Shown: positions 8,964-18,349, counted from the stretch's first letter. The stretch: DNA of 64,000 nt from an uncultured Eubacteriales bacterium (GCA_964390855.1 CAYMJG010000001.1:37726-101725); one strand, 5' to 3'. A program made the numbers and translations. Notes: generated from the letters alone by a model not told the origin.

Positions 8964-10070
8964 ATGGTTTTAATAATGAATCTAAATTGTGGTTTAATTG
9001 GACTGCCGATGGTGGGTAAAACCACTATTTTTAACCTGCTTACCGGCGCTGAAGCTGAAACATCAAATTTTTTAACCGGTAAAACGGAAACAAACCGTGG
9101 CACGGCAGTGGTGGCGGATCGCCGGGTTGATTTCCTGAGCAACATATACAAGCCGCGCAAGACCATCCACGCCGTGATCCAATTCAGCGATGTTCCCGGA
9201 CTGGTGCAGGGTTCCAGCCAGGGGCAGGGGGTAGGCAACCAGTTTTTGAATTCTATCAGAAACACAGACATGCTTGCACATGTAGTAAGGTCTTTCACCA
9301 GCACAGAGGCGCCCCATGCCAGCGGCGGGGTAAACCCTTTGCGGGATATTGAAACAATCAATGTAGAACTCCTTTTGGCCGATATGGAGGTAATTGAGAA
9401 AAGGATCGAAAGAATTGAGAGCGGTAAAAAGATAAAAAAGGAAAACACCTTTGAACTGGAGGTGCTGAAAAAATGTTTAAACGCTCTGGAAAATGAAAAA
9501 ACAATTGGCCGCCTCGACCTCAACGAAAACGAAAAATTGGTTCTAAAAAATTACAGCTTCCTTACAGAAAAGCCGATTCTGCTTGTGCTCAATATGGATG
9601 AACAGCAGTTTAAAACAAAATCTTATCCAGGCAAAGAATTGGTGGAGGCCTATGCCGGGGAGCAAGGGATGCCCTTGCTGGAAATTTGCGGAAAAATTGA
9701 AATGGAAATCAGTCAACTGCCCGCGCCGGATAGAGAATTATTTATGGCTGATTTGGATATCAGCGAGTCCGGCATTGATCGCCTGGCAAGGGCCGCCTAT
9801 GATTACCTGGGGCTTATTTCTTTCCTTACGGTTGGCGCGGACGAAGTGAAAGCCTGGACCATCCACAGGAACACCTGCGCCAGGGAGGCGGCAGGTAAGA
9901 TACATTCGGACATTGAAAGAGGTTTCATCAGGGCCGAGGTAGTCAAATATCAGGATCTGGAGGAACTGGGGAGCATGGCCAGTGTAAAAGAAAAGGGGCT
10001 CAGCAGGCTGGAAGGTAAAGATTATATAGTTGAGGACGGTGACATTATCAATTTCCGCTTTAATGTTTAG
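8964..10070 (+). CDS. ychF: Redox-regulated ribosome-binding ATPase YchF
   Basis: GLIGLPMVGKTTIFNLLTG P-loop, coiled-coil insert, and C-terminal TGS-like GKDYIVEDGDIINFRFNV. Confidence 0.9.
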   Translation: MVLIMNLNCGLIGLPMVGKTTIFNLLTGAEAETSNFLTGKTETNRGTAVVADRRVDFLSNIYKPRKTIHAVIQFSDVPGLVQGSSQGQGVGNQFLNSIRNTDMLAHVVRSFTSTEAPHASGGVNPLRDIETINVELLLADMEVIEKRIERIESGKKIKKENTFELEVLKKCLNALENEKTIGRLDLNENEKLVLKNYSFLTEKPILLVLNMDEQQFKTKSYPGKELVEAYAGEQGMPLLEICGKIEMEISQLPAPDRELFMADLDISESGIDRLARAAYDYLGLISFLTVGADEVKAWTIHRNTCAREAAGKIHSDIERGFIRAEVVKYQDLEELGSMASVKEKGLSRLEGKDYIVEDGDIINFRFNV

Positions 10071-10076
10071 TTGCAA

Positions 10077-10099
10077 TACCCGCATTTGCGGGTTTTTTT
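10077..10099 (+). terminator. Rho-independent terminator after ychF
   Basis: ACCCGC-ATTT-GCGGGT followed by TTTTTTT. Confidence 0.7.
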
Positions 10100-10359
10100 A
10101 TCCTTCTTCAGGTGGGAAAATTGCAGCGTTTCGAAAGTTCAAGTTATGTGACGCTAGAGAAAATAACCGGCAGTCATATAACTTTTTTGGTTATTATGGC
10201 GGCTTGTGTCTGATTGAGTGTTTATTTCAAATAATTTATAATTAAGGAGATGAATGATAATTTTTCTTCATGAGTTTAAAATTTTATGCGGTTCGGCAAT
10301 GGAGGGGTAATTAAAGTAAAGGTTAAGGTGTTACTCAGTACCGTTAAGGAGGTATATTT

Positions 10360-13020
10360 TTGCGTAAAAAATGTTTAGCTGCAGCCCTGTGCCTGGGTTT
10401 TTTTCTGACGGCGACAGCAATTTATCTGTTAACGCCCGCTCGGGCGGGGGCATACCAGGTTGTTTCCAAAACAATGGAAGAAGAGATTATTACCCAGGGC
10501 GCCTCTCTGCAGAGAGTCCGGATGAAAACTGATGGTGGTCCGTTAAATGTATACATCCTGAAAGCCGATCTGGGCGATCCCCTGTTAAAAATAGACACGA
10601 TCATCGGCAGTGACGGCACCCTGGACAAAAACCAGACCGTCACCGAAATGGCCAGGCGTACCGGAGCGGTGGCGGCAATAAATGGTGATTATTTTCAAAT
10701 GATGGAGAGCGGGCGTACCATAGGCCTGGCTTTCAAGGGCGGTGAATTGGTGGAAAGCCCCGCCCGCAGAAACGATATGTATGGTTTTGGCCTGACAATG
10801 GATAAAACACCGCTTATTGAAATTTTTGACTTTACGGGCAGGGTAACTGCAGCTAATGGAAAAAACTTTATCCTTGCCGGCATCAATAAACCGGATTACC
10901 TGCTGCAAACCGGCGTTTCTTCCGACGTCGACGCCTTAAATCTTTATAACACACTATGGGGTACGACCAGCAGGGGCAAGCATCCCGAACTTACCGGGGT
11001 GGTGGAGGCTGTTGTGCAGGACGGCGTAGTAAAGCGCATTTTAACTGATCAGCCCGGCGTGGCTATACCGGCCAATGGTTATATCCTGCAAGGACACGGG
11101 CAGGCGGCAAAATTTATCATAGACAACCTCCAGCCGGGTGCCGCCGTAGGCTACACATATACTGTGGCGCCCAGCGGGAGCGCCCTTTTTGCAGCTGTCG
11201 GCGGACAGGCCTTGCTGGTGGAGGATGGGAAATTGCCTCCCTACTTTACCCAGAACATTACCGGCAAGCATGCCAGGACCGCCCTGGGAATATCTAAAGA
11301 CGGGAACACGCTCTACCTGGTGGCAGTTGAAAAATATGTTGACTCCGGCGGCACAACAGTCAGCGTGGGTATGACGCAGGAAGAACTGGCCGACTTTTTA
11401 ATCTCTTTTGGTGTTTGGCGGGCAGTAAACCTTGATGGCGGCGGCTCAACAACACTGGCGGCCCGCGATTTAGGTGATTTCGAGGCCAGACCGGCCAACC
11501 AGCCCCAGGGGTCCGCGCAGAGGCGGGTACCCGACGCCATCGGTATTTTCTCACTGGCGCCGCCCGGGACGCTTTCCGGTTTGGCTGTAAGCGGACCGGG
11601 CGTACTGCTGGCGGGTACAAGCGGCAAATTTGCAGTAAAGGGATATGATCAGTACTATAACCCAGTGCGAATAGCTACTGGCAGTGTTCAGTTTTCCGCG
11701 CCGTCCGGAGCCGGTGATTTTCAAGGAAGTGAGTTTACGCCCGCAGGCGCCGGCGGCGATGTTACTGTTACCGCTTCCCTGGGCAGTGTAAACGGCACGG
11801 CTGTGCTGAGGGTAATCGGCCCGGAGATGATTTCAAAGCTGGCGATCAGCCCTGCCATGCTGGAAATAGAGCCGGGAAAATCCATGCAACTGTCATTGCA
11901 GGTGAAAACGTACAGCGGCGAAACCTTTGATGTTCAACCGGAGAATGTCGTTTGGGATGTGGACGGGTCCACCGGGCAAATTGTCAACGGCATGTTCACT
12001 GCCGGCCAAGATGCTGCCGCCGGGCAAATCACCGCCACTTTCCAGGGACTGACTGTTGCTGTGCCTGTCGCCGTGCAACCACCCTGGAAGGAAATCCATG
12101 TGGATCCCCTGCAGGAAAGCAGTATGTCGCTGGATGATCAAATCCGGGTATGTTTTCCAGCAGGCGCCACCAGCGGTCCCACAGAAATAATGATGTACCA
12201 CGAGAACAATTTTTCTGACGTCCCGGTAGGGATGCACGCTTTGGGCGCTGTGAACCTGAAACCAGCAGCGGGGCAGGATGTTACTCTGAATACCCCCCTG
12301 CTGGTTAATTGGCTGTATAGTAAAGATGCGCTGGAGGGCCGCCCGGTAATAATGTTGTATGACGACAATGCGCAAAAATGGCTGGAACAGCCGGCCAGGA
12401 TAGAGGGAGACGGAACAACCGGGACTATTTCCGCCAGAGTGTGGGGATTTGGCCGGCTGGCGCTGGCTGACGACCAACGTTCGGCGCCTGTTTTCAAAGA
12501 TACTGCCGGGCACTGGGCCGACCCGTCGATCAGCAAACTGGCGGCGGGAGGTGTGCTGGCCGGTTTTCCCGACGGTACCTTCCAGCCCGGGCAACCTGTA
12601 ACCAGGGCGCAATTTGCCCATGCGCTGGCGGCCGTATTGCAGTGGCCGGCGCCGGAAAGCCCAGCCGGTTTTAAGGACGACATTCCCGTATGGGCCCGGG
12701 CTTCAGTGGAAAAGGCTGTTTCCCGGGGGGTTGTTCAAGGCTACCCGGACGGGACATACAAGCCGGATGCCGGTATTACCAGAAGTGAAATGGCGGTAAT
12801 GATTGACCGGGCTCTGGGGCTTCCCGCATCTGACAATAAATTGACATTCCTGGACAGCAGCAAAGTACCGGATTTTGCCCTTGGTGCAGTTGGTAGGACG
12901 GCCAAAGCCGGCATACTTCAAGGCAGCGAAGGGTATTTCAATCCCGGCGGGGGGGTGTCCCGCGCTGAAATGGCGGTTGCGCTGGCCAGAGTTTTGAACT
13001 GGTGGGCGGCACAGCCATAG
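10360..13020 (+). CDS. Secreted phosphodiester glycosidase (NAGPA/DUF2233-like) with Ig-like repeats and three C-terminal SLH domains
   Basis: Signal peptide MRKKCLAAALCLGFFLTATAIYLL. AAINGDYF and NLDGGGSTTL motifs. Three repeats of F(K/L)D...G(F/Y)PDGT(F/Y)(Q/K)P...(T/S)R(A/S)(Q/E). TTG start lies 8 nt after AAGGAGG. Confidence 0.75.
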   Translation: MRKKCLAAALCLGFFLTATAIYLLTPARAGAYQVVSKTMEEEIITQGASLQRVRMKTDGGPLNVYILKADLGDPLLKIDTIIGSDGTLDKNQTVTEMARRTGAVAAINGDYFQMMESGRTIGLAFKGGELVESPARRNDMYGFGLTMDKTPLIEIFDFTGRVTAANGKNFILAGINKPDYLLQTGVSSDVDALNLYNTLWGTTSRGKHPELTGVVEAVVQDGVVKRILTDQPGVAIPANGYILQGHGQAAKFIIDNLQPGAAVGYTYTVAPSGSALFAAVGGQALLVEDGKLPPYFTQNITGKHARTALGISKDGNTLYLVAVEKYVDSGGTTVSVGMTQEELADFLISFGVWRAVNLDGGGSTTLAARDLGDFEARPANQPQGSAQRRVPDAIGIFSLAPPGTLSGLAVSGPGVLLAGTSGKFAVKGYDQYYNPVRIATGSVQFSAPSGAGDFQGSEFTPAGAGGDVTVTASLGSVNGTAVLRVIGPEMISKLAISPAMLEIEPGKSMQLSLQVKTYSGETFDVQPENVVWDVDGSTGQIVNGMFTAGQDAAAGQITATFQGLTVAVPVAVQPPWKEIHVDPLQESSMSLDDQIRVCFPAGATSGPTEIMMYHENNFSDVPVGMHALGAVNLKPAAGQDVTLNTPLLVNWLYSKDALEGRPVIMLYDDNAQKWLEQPARIEGDGTTGTISARVWGFGRLALADDQRSAPVFKDTAGHWADPSISKLAAGGVLAGFPDGTFQPGQPVTRAQFAHALAAVLQWPAPESPAGFKDDIPVWARASVEKAVSRGVVQGYPDGTYKPDAGITRSEMAVMIDRALGLPASDNKLTFLDSSKVPDFALGAVGRTAKAGILQGSEGYFNPGGGVSRAEMAVALARVLNWWAAQP

Positions 13021-13097
13021 TGCAGATGGAATATTTTTAAAGGTAGCAGGTAAAGCCCGCATTGTGTAGAAGTATGATATAACCAAATTGATACTTT

Positions 13098-13266
13098 CAA
13101 CAGGAGCCCGTAAGGGAGAATAGGGAATCAGGTGTAAAACCTGAGCGGTCCCGCCACTGTAACCGGGAGTCCGCCGCATCATGCCACTGTGCGTCAGAGC
13201 GCCACAAAGGCGCGTCATGGGAAGGCAGCGCCGGACAATGAACGAAGCCAGGAGACCTGCCTGTTG
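13098..13266 (+). promoter_or_regulatory. Cobalamin (B12) riboswitch aptamer
   Basis: AATAGGGAATCAGGTGTAAAACCTGAGCGGTCCCGCCACTGTAA core. B12 box AGCCAGGAGACCTGCC at 13246-13261. P1 pairing CAACAGG (13098-13104) / CCTGTTG (13260-13266). Confidence 0.85.
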
Positions 13267-13313
13267 GATAAATGCCCGCGGGAAAAGGGCGCTCCGGAGG
13301 ATGATGGAAAAAT

Positions 13314-13345
13314 CCACGGCCTTGATTAAGGCTGTGGTTTTTTTA
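13314..13345 (+). terminator. Riboswitch expression-platform terminator
   Basis: CCACGGCC-N8-GGCTGTGG followed by TTTTTTT, about 60 nt before the cobT start. Confidence 0.7.
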
Positions 13346-13404
13346 TGGCCCCGGGAATGAACGATACTTTTCTATTACATGAATCTTGAAAGGAGAGAGA
13401 AAAG

Positions 13405-14472
13405 ATGTTGCTGGCAAAAACCCTCAAGGAAATTAAGGAACTGGATCGAACAGCAATGGAAGAGGCGCAGCGCAGGTTGGACAGCTTGATTAAACCGCCG
13501 GGAAGCCTGGGTGTTTTAGAGGAGATAGCGGTTCAATTGGCCGGTATTACGGGCAGTCCCAGGCCCCTAATAGAAGAAAAGGTTGTAATCATCATGGCCG
13601 GTGACCATGGCGTAGTGGAGGAGGGCGTAAGTGTTGCGCATCAGGAAGTGACCGCGCAGATGCTGCCGGCTTTTATTACGGGTGTGGCTGGAATAGGGGT
13701 ACTTGCCAAGCAAGCCGGCTCCAGAATTGTGGTCGTTGATGTTGGTGTTGCGTCGCCAGTTGACTTTCCGGGGATAATGCGGAAAAAGGTTAAGTCGGGA
13801 ACAGGAAACATTGCCAGGGGACCGGCCATGTCCAGAGAGGAAGCAGTCAGGGCGCTAGAGGTTGGTATCCAGGTGGCGCAGGAAGAAATTAAACATGGCG
13901 CGGTCCTGCTGGCCACGGGAGACATGGGCATCGGCAACACAACGCCAAGCAGCGCTATTTTGGCCGCCATAGGCGGTTATACTGCCGAAGAAGCGGCCGG
14001 ACGGGGGACGCTGGTAAACGACCATGTGCTGAATATTAAGGTGCGGGCGATCAAAAACGCCCTGGAAATAAATAAGCCTGATCGCGAGGACGGCATAGAC
14101 GTGCTGGCAAAGGTGGGCGGCCTGGAGATTGCGGGTCTGGCAGGGGTTATCCTGGGTGCTGCGGCAAGACGAACACCGGTATTAATTGATGGTTTTATTA
14201 CAACAGCGGCAGCCCTGGCAGCATGTAAAATAGAGCCAAAGGCCAGGCAATACATCATCGCCTCACATTTGTCGGGAGAACAGGGGCACCGGTTGATGCT
14301 GGACGAACTGGGGCTGACGCCGGTGATTAATCTGAATATGCGCCTGGGTGAAGGGACAGGGGCGGTTCTGACCATGCACATCATCGAAGCTGCCACGAAG
14401 ATCATTCACGAAATGGCTTCCTTTGATGAAGCCGGTGTTTCAGATCTGGACGAAGATAAAATATTGAGCTGA
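13405..14472 (+). CDS. cobT: Nicotinate-nucleotide--dimethylbenzimidazole phosphoribosyltransferase
   Basis: LIKPPGSLGVLEE, GDMGIGNTT and LGEGTGA motifs. Confidence 0.88.
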   Translation: MLLAKTLKEIKELDRTAMEEAQRRLDSLIKPPGSLGVLEEIAVQLAGITGSPRPLIEEKVVIIMAGDHGVVEEGVSVAHQEVTAQMLPAFITGVAGIGVLAKQAGSRIVVVDVGVASPVDFPGIMRKKVKSGTGNIARGPAMSREEAVRALEVGIQVAQEEIKHGAVLLATGDMGIGNTTPSSAILAAIGGYTAEEAAGRGTLVNDHVLNIKVRAIKNALEINKPDREDGIDVLAKVGGLEIAGLAGVILGAAARRTPVLIDGFITTAAALAACKIEPKARQYIIASHLSGEQGHRLMLDELGLTPVINLNMRLGEGTGAVLTMHIIEAATKIIHEMASFDEAGVSDLDEDKILS

Positions 14473-14591
14473 AACCTTGAAAATAAATTGGGTTAAAATA
14501 ATTTTTATAAGCTAAAAACATTTCAAGATTAATCATAATAATGGCCTTACTTCCGGCATTTTTATAGTTGATAAATAGTAGCTAAAAATTT

Positions 14592-14615
14592 TTCCCACCT
14601 ATCATCGGGTGGGAA
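14592..14615 (-). terminator. Hairpin downstream of fbp (minus-strand terminator candidate)
   Basis: TTCCCACC-N8-GGTGGGAA; on the minus strand it is followed by AAATTTTT. Confidence 0.5.
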
Positions 14616-14630
14616 AACTAAAAACTAGTA

Positions 14631-14680
14631 TTTTCATATCCTGATGGCGCCGCGTCAGTGCCATAAATGTCTGTCAGATT
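14631..14680 (-). repeat. Conserved ~45-nt element, copy A (partner at 48671-48720)
   Basis: Gap-free alignment with 32/40 identity, starting with an identical TTTTCATATCCTG. See findings. Confidence 0.6.
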
Positions 14681-14695
14681 GTTTCTTCAAGCCAG

Positions 14696-15796
14696 TTAAC
14701 CAAGGCGCATTTTTACGAAACGGTCCTTAAGACGTTTGCTTACCTCTGGCATGGTGGTGTACTCCATTTCATCCAGGTGCAGCCGGTGCGGTTCAAATGG
14801 CCCCATACTGCGCATGTAGTTGGCCACCTCATTGGCTTTTTGCCGGGCCTGATCAAATGAGGGATCAGCAAAGAAATCCTGTGGCCCAAGCAGTTTGCCG
14901 TTGCACAACTGGAAGCCCAGGGCGACCACCCGCGGCGGACCGTCAAAACGGGTCGGGTTGGATTTTTCAACGGGAACAGGCATCAACGGGCCGGTGTGCG
15001 AACCCCTCATCCAGCCGGATACAAGGTGGGGATTGGCGAAGGGTTCCAACACTTCGCCGAGCGCCGGCATGCCGCTCTGGCAGCGGACAAGCAAGACCGG
15101 GTCGTCCTTGCCCACGTAGCGCCCGGCCATAAGGTTCAGCCTCTGTGTGCTGGAGGTAGCGGCTATCTCGTTGGTTTCTTTTTGAAATACGGATTTAATC
15201 ACATAGCGTCCCGGCGCGCCGATAAAGACCAGCATATCATAAAGCTCCTCCGGGCAGGAGAAGGTTACCTTTTTATTCTCAATCAGGTCCCGCACCTCAA
15301 ATAGGAACCCTTTATGCATCTTTGGGTCGATTACCAGTCCGATGGTATTGAAAGGATCCGCGAATATTTTGTATAAAGGCAGGTTCCAGGCGCCCGGCTC
15401 CGTCTTATCAGCCATGAAAACAACCACCGGTTCACTGGTGCGCTCAACAAACTCCAATTCCGCCACCCCCGGTCCCAGCCCCTTGATGTTGCCCGAAAAG
15501 GCGTCTGACAGCAGATCCTGCCCGGCGCCGTAGAGTTTGAGCTTTTTGGCCACCTCGGTACAAGAAATAAAAGTGTCCCACGCCAGTTGATGAATTTCAC
15601 CGTTGTCTTTGCCGGTCTCATGGGTCATGATCAGGTTTATATCGTCACCTACATGAGTTACACAGGAGTCAATCAAAAGCGGGCTGCCGGCAAGCATGCC
15701 CCTGGCGGTTTCCAGCAAATCGGGGTGAACGCTGGAGTGGCCGACAAATCCACCTACGTCCGCTTTAATCACTGATAAGGTAATTTTTCTGCCCAT
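14696..15796 (-). CDS. fbp: Bifunctional fructose-1,6-bisphosphate aldolase/phosphatase (class V FBPase)
   Basis: MGRKITLSVIKADVGGFVGHSSVHP N-terminus typical of the archaeal-type enzyme. ATG 15796 is preceded by GGAGGT; the ORF-track start 15877 lies upstream of the RBS. Confidence 0.85.
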   Translation of the reverse strand: MGRKITLSVIKADVGGFVGHSSVHPDLLETARGMLAGSPLLIDSCVTHVGDDINLIMTHETGKDNGEIHQLAWDTFISCTEVAKKLKLYGAGQDLLSDAFSGNIKGLGPGVAELEFVERTSEPVVVFMADKTEPGAWNLPLYKIFADPFNTIGLVIDPKMHKGFLFEVRDLIENKKVTFSCPEELYDMLVFIGAPGRYVIKSVFQKETNEIAATSSTQRLNLMAGRYVGKDDPVLLVRCQSGMPALGEVLEPFANPHLVSGWMRGSHTGPLMPVPVEKSNPTRFDGPPRVVALGFQLCNGKLLGPQDFFADPSFDQARQKANEVANYMRSMGPFEPHRLHLDEMEYTTMPEVSKRLKDRFVKMRLG

Positions 15797-16205
15797 GTTT
15801 ACCTCCTTTATAGGTTTACTATATGATATGCAGCCCTTTTGGACGGCTTGCCATGTATATGTAAAAATATTATACAATATTTATCTTGATTATTACATAC
15901 TAAATGCATAAATTAATTTAATTAAGCCATACTGTTTCATTGGCATCTGCTAACAGTTGTGGATAAAATTCATAATTAACAAATTAATGTTTGCCATGAG
16001 AAATATATTGCAACTTTAATAAGCAGTGATAAAATGTAAAAGATAGTGATCCAACCACTTGCCAAGCACAGCTAAGGGAAAGGATTAATAGAGAAATAAA
16101 GCTAAAATGCCTGGTCCTTCTTATAAAAAATGAGCACTCGGCCTTTGATCGGGGAAAAGGCCGAAAATGGAGCCGTATATTTCCAAACAAAAGGAGGTTT
16201 TTTAG

Positions 16206-17399
16206 TTGAAGCTAGCTGACCGGGCGTTGAATATCAGCCCTTCCCAGACTCTGGCTATTAATGCGGAAGCAAAGGCTTTGCTGGCCAGGGGTGTGAATGT
16301 GATTAGTTTTGGCGCGGGGGAACCTGACTTTGATACACCTGATTCCATTAAGGATGCCGCTATCCAGGCTATTCGCACAGGAAAAACAAGGTATACACAG
16401 GTGGCTGGAATTCTACCGTTGCGAGAGGCGATCTGCAGAAAACTCGCCAATGAACAGCAATTGAAATACGCACCGGATCAAATCGTGGTCTCCGCAGGGG
16501 CAAAGCATTCACTATATAATACCATGCAGGTCCTTGTTCAGAAGGGGGATGAGGTAATACTCCCATCGCCCTACTGGGTGAGCTACATGGAACAGATTAA
16601 GTTGGCCGGAGCAATTCCCAGGGTTATCAACACCAGGGAAGAAGACGGATTTAAGCTCACTGCCGCGGATCTGGAGAAGGCTGTAAACCCATGCACCAAA
16701 CTTTTGATCCTGAACAGTCCCGGCAATCCTACAGGCGTTGTTTACACTGCCGCCGATCTGCAGTCTCTGCAGGACGTGATATTAAGGTACGATTTTTCTA
16801 TTATATCAGACGAGATTTATGAAAAATTTATATATAATAATCAAGAACACATCAGCATCGCTTCACTTTCACCTGAAATTAAAGAACGTACCATATTAAT
16901 CAACGGTGTTTCTAAAACCTATGCCATGACAGGCTGGCGGATTGGCTACACAGCGGCCGTGCAGGATGTAGCCGATGCCATAACTTGCTTGCAAAGCCAC
17001 TCTACCTCCAATCCCACTTCAATATCCCAGGCGGCTGCCCTGGCCGCCCTTAACGGCGGCCAGGATACGCATAGGTTGATGCTTGAGGAATATACCAGGC
17101 GCAGGAGCTGTATGCTTAAAAGGCTGGCCGGCATTCCGGATATAACCTGTTGCCAACCGGGCGGGTCTTTTTATGTATTCCCCAATGTCAGCGCCTACTT
17201 CGGTAAATTTTTTAAGGGAAAGGTGATTAACGACGCTACAGGCCTGGCCACAGCCCTTCTGCGGGAGGCCAATGTGGCCGTTGTGCCGGGCGCGCCATTC
17301 GGCAGCGATAATTATATCAGGCTTTCCTATGCGTGTCCGTTGGAGAAAATTAACGAGGGGCTTGACCGTATTGTTGCATTCCTTGGAAAACTATCATAA
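16206..17399 (+). CDS. Aspartate/aromatic aminotransferase (PLP-dependent, class I)
   Basis: GAGEPDFDTP, NSPGNPTG and SKTYAMTGWRIGY (PLP lysine) motifs. AAGGAGG lies before TTG 16206. Confidence 0.85.
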   Translation: MKLADRALNISPSQTLAINAEAKALLARGVNVISFGAGEPDFDTPDSIKDAAIQAIRTGKTRYTQVAGILPLREAICRKLANEQQLKYAPDQIVVSAGAKHSLYNTMQVLVQKGDEVILPSPYWVSYMEQIKLAGAIPRVINTREEDGFKLTAADLEKAVNPCTKLLILNSPGNPTGVVYTAADLQSLQDVILRYDFSIISDEIYEKFIYNNQEHISIASLSPEIKERTILINGVSKTYAMTGWRIGYTAAVQDVADAITCLQSHSTSNPTSISQAAALAALNGGQDTHRLMLEEYTRRRSCMLKRLAGIPDITCCQPGGSFYVFPNVSAYFGKFFKGKVINDATGLATALLREANVAVVPGAPFGSDNYIRLSYACPLEKINEGLDRIVAFLGKLS

Positions 17400-17446
17400 A
17401 ATTGCATATGAAAAAAATAATATTAGTCATAACAGGTGGTGTTGTA

Positions 17447-18325
17447 TTGTTAAAAAGCATGACCGGGTACGGTTGGGGAGAGTCCGGCGCACATGGGAAA
17501 ACTTTTACGATCGAGTTGAAAACAGTAAACCACCGCTACAGTGAGGTAGTGGTTCGTTTGCCGCGCATCCTCTCTCCGTTTGAGGATAGAATAAAGCGAA
17601 TAATCCAGTCCCGTATTGCCCGGGGGCGGGTTGACGCGTTTCTGAACATGCAGGACACTATGGAAAAGACCCCTTACGTAAAAGTTGACAAAGAACTGGC
17701 TGGAGCGTATTATAAGTCAATAAAAGAATTGCAGGAAACCCTTGGCATAGACGGAAATATTAATATTAAAAATCTTGTGGAGTTGCCTGGCGTGCTGGCG
17801 TTGGCGGATCCTGCCGAAGATGTCGAGCAGTGGTGGCCGGCAATCCTTGACTCCCTGGAAAGCGCCCTTGCCGGTTTGCTCCAGATGAGGGCTGAAGAAG
17901 GAAAACAATTGGCCGCAGACCTGGTGAAGAGGATAGACCGGTTAACCTTGCTGAATTTTAAAATTGGAGAGAGATCCCCTTTAGTCGTTGAAGAATATAG
18001 GGAGAAGCTGGGAGCCCGCATATATGAATTTATGAAAGACAGCAGCCTTGCGGTTGAACGCCTTTCAGTTGAAGCAGCTCTTTTTGCCGAACGTTCTAAT
18101 ATCACTGAGGAAACTGTACGGCTGGCCAGCCATTTGAAGCAGGCCCTGTCCTGCCTTAAGGGGGAGGGACCTGTCGGCAGAAAGCTTGACTTTATAGTCC
18201 AGGAGATGAACAGGGAAATAAATACAATCGCCTCTAAAGCTAATGATCTGGAGATCAGTCACCTGGCTGTTGAGGTAAAAAGCGAGCTGGAAAAAATCAG
18301 GGAGCAAATACAAAATATTGAATGA
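17447..18325 (+). CDS. yicC: YicC-family protein
   Basis: (M)LKSMTGYG N-terminus. C-terminal DFIVQEMNREINTIASKA motif. TTG 17447 lies 8 nt after AGGTGG. Confidence 0.8.
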   Translation: MLKSMTGYGWGESGAHGKTFTIELKTVNHRYSEVVVRLPRILSPFEDRIKRIIQSRIARGRVDAFLNMQDTMEKTPYVKVDKELAGAYYKSIKELQETLGIDGNINIKNLVELPGVLALADPAEDVEQWWPAILDSLESALAGLLQMRAEEGKQLAADLVKRIDRLTLLNFKIGERSPLVVEEYREKLGARIYEFMKDSSLAVERLSVEAALFAERSNITEETVRLASHLKQALSCLKGEGPVGRKLDFIVQEMNREINTIASKANDLEISHLAVEVKSELEKIREQIQNIE

Positions 18326-18349
18326 GTATGTTAGGAAAGGGGCAGTAAC

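Noticed and set aside
10243-10310. Small ORFs (7-18 aa) behind an AAGGAG upstream of the SLH gene.
   Set aside because: The spacing to either ATG is too short or ambiguous, and the peptides are featureless. This is more likely part of the SLH gene 5' leader.
12703-13317. 204-aa minus-strand ORF spanning the end of the SLH gene and the cobalamin riboswitch.
   Set aside because: It covers a textbook B12 riboswitch on the plus strand and the 3' end of a real gene. It has no RBS or motif.
15984-16190. 68-aa minus-strand ORF in the fbp-aminotransferase spacer.
   Set aside because: No RBS, a hydrophobic and junk-like composition, and an AT-rich promoter region.
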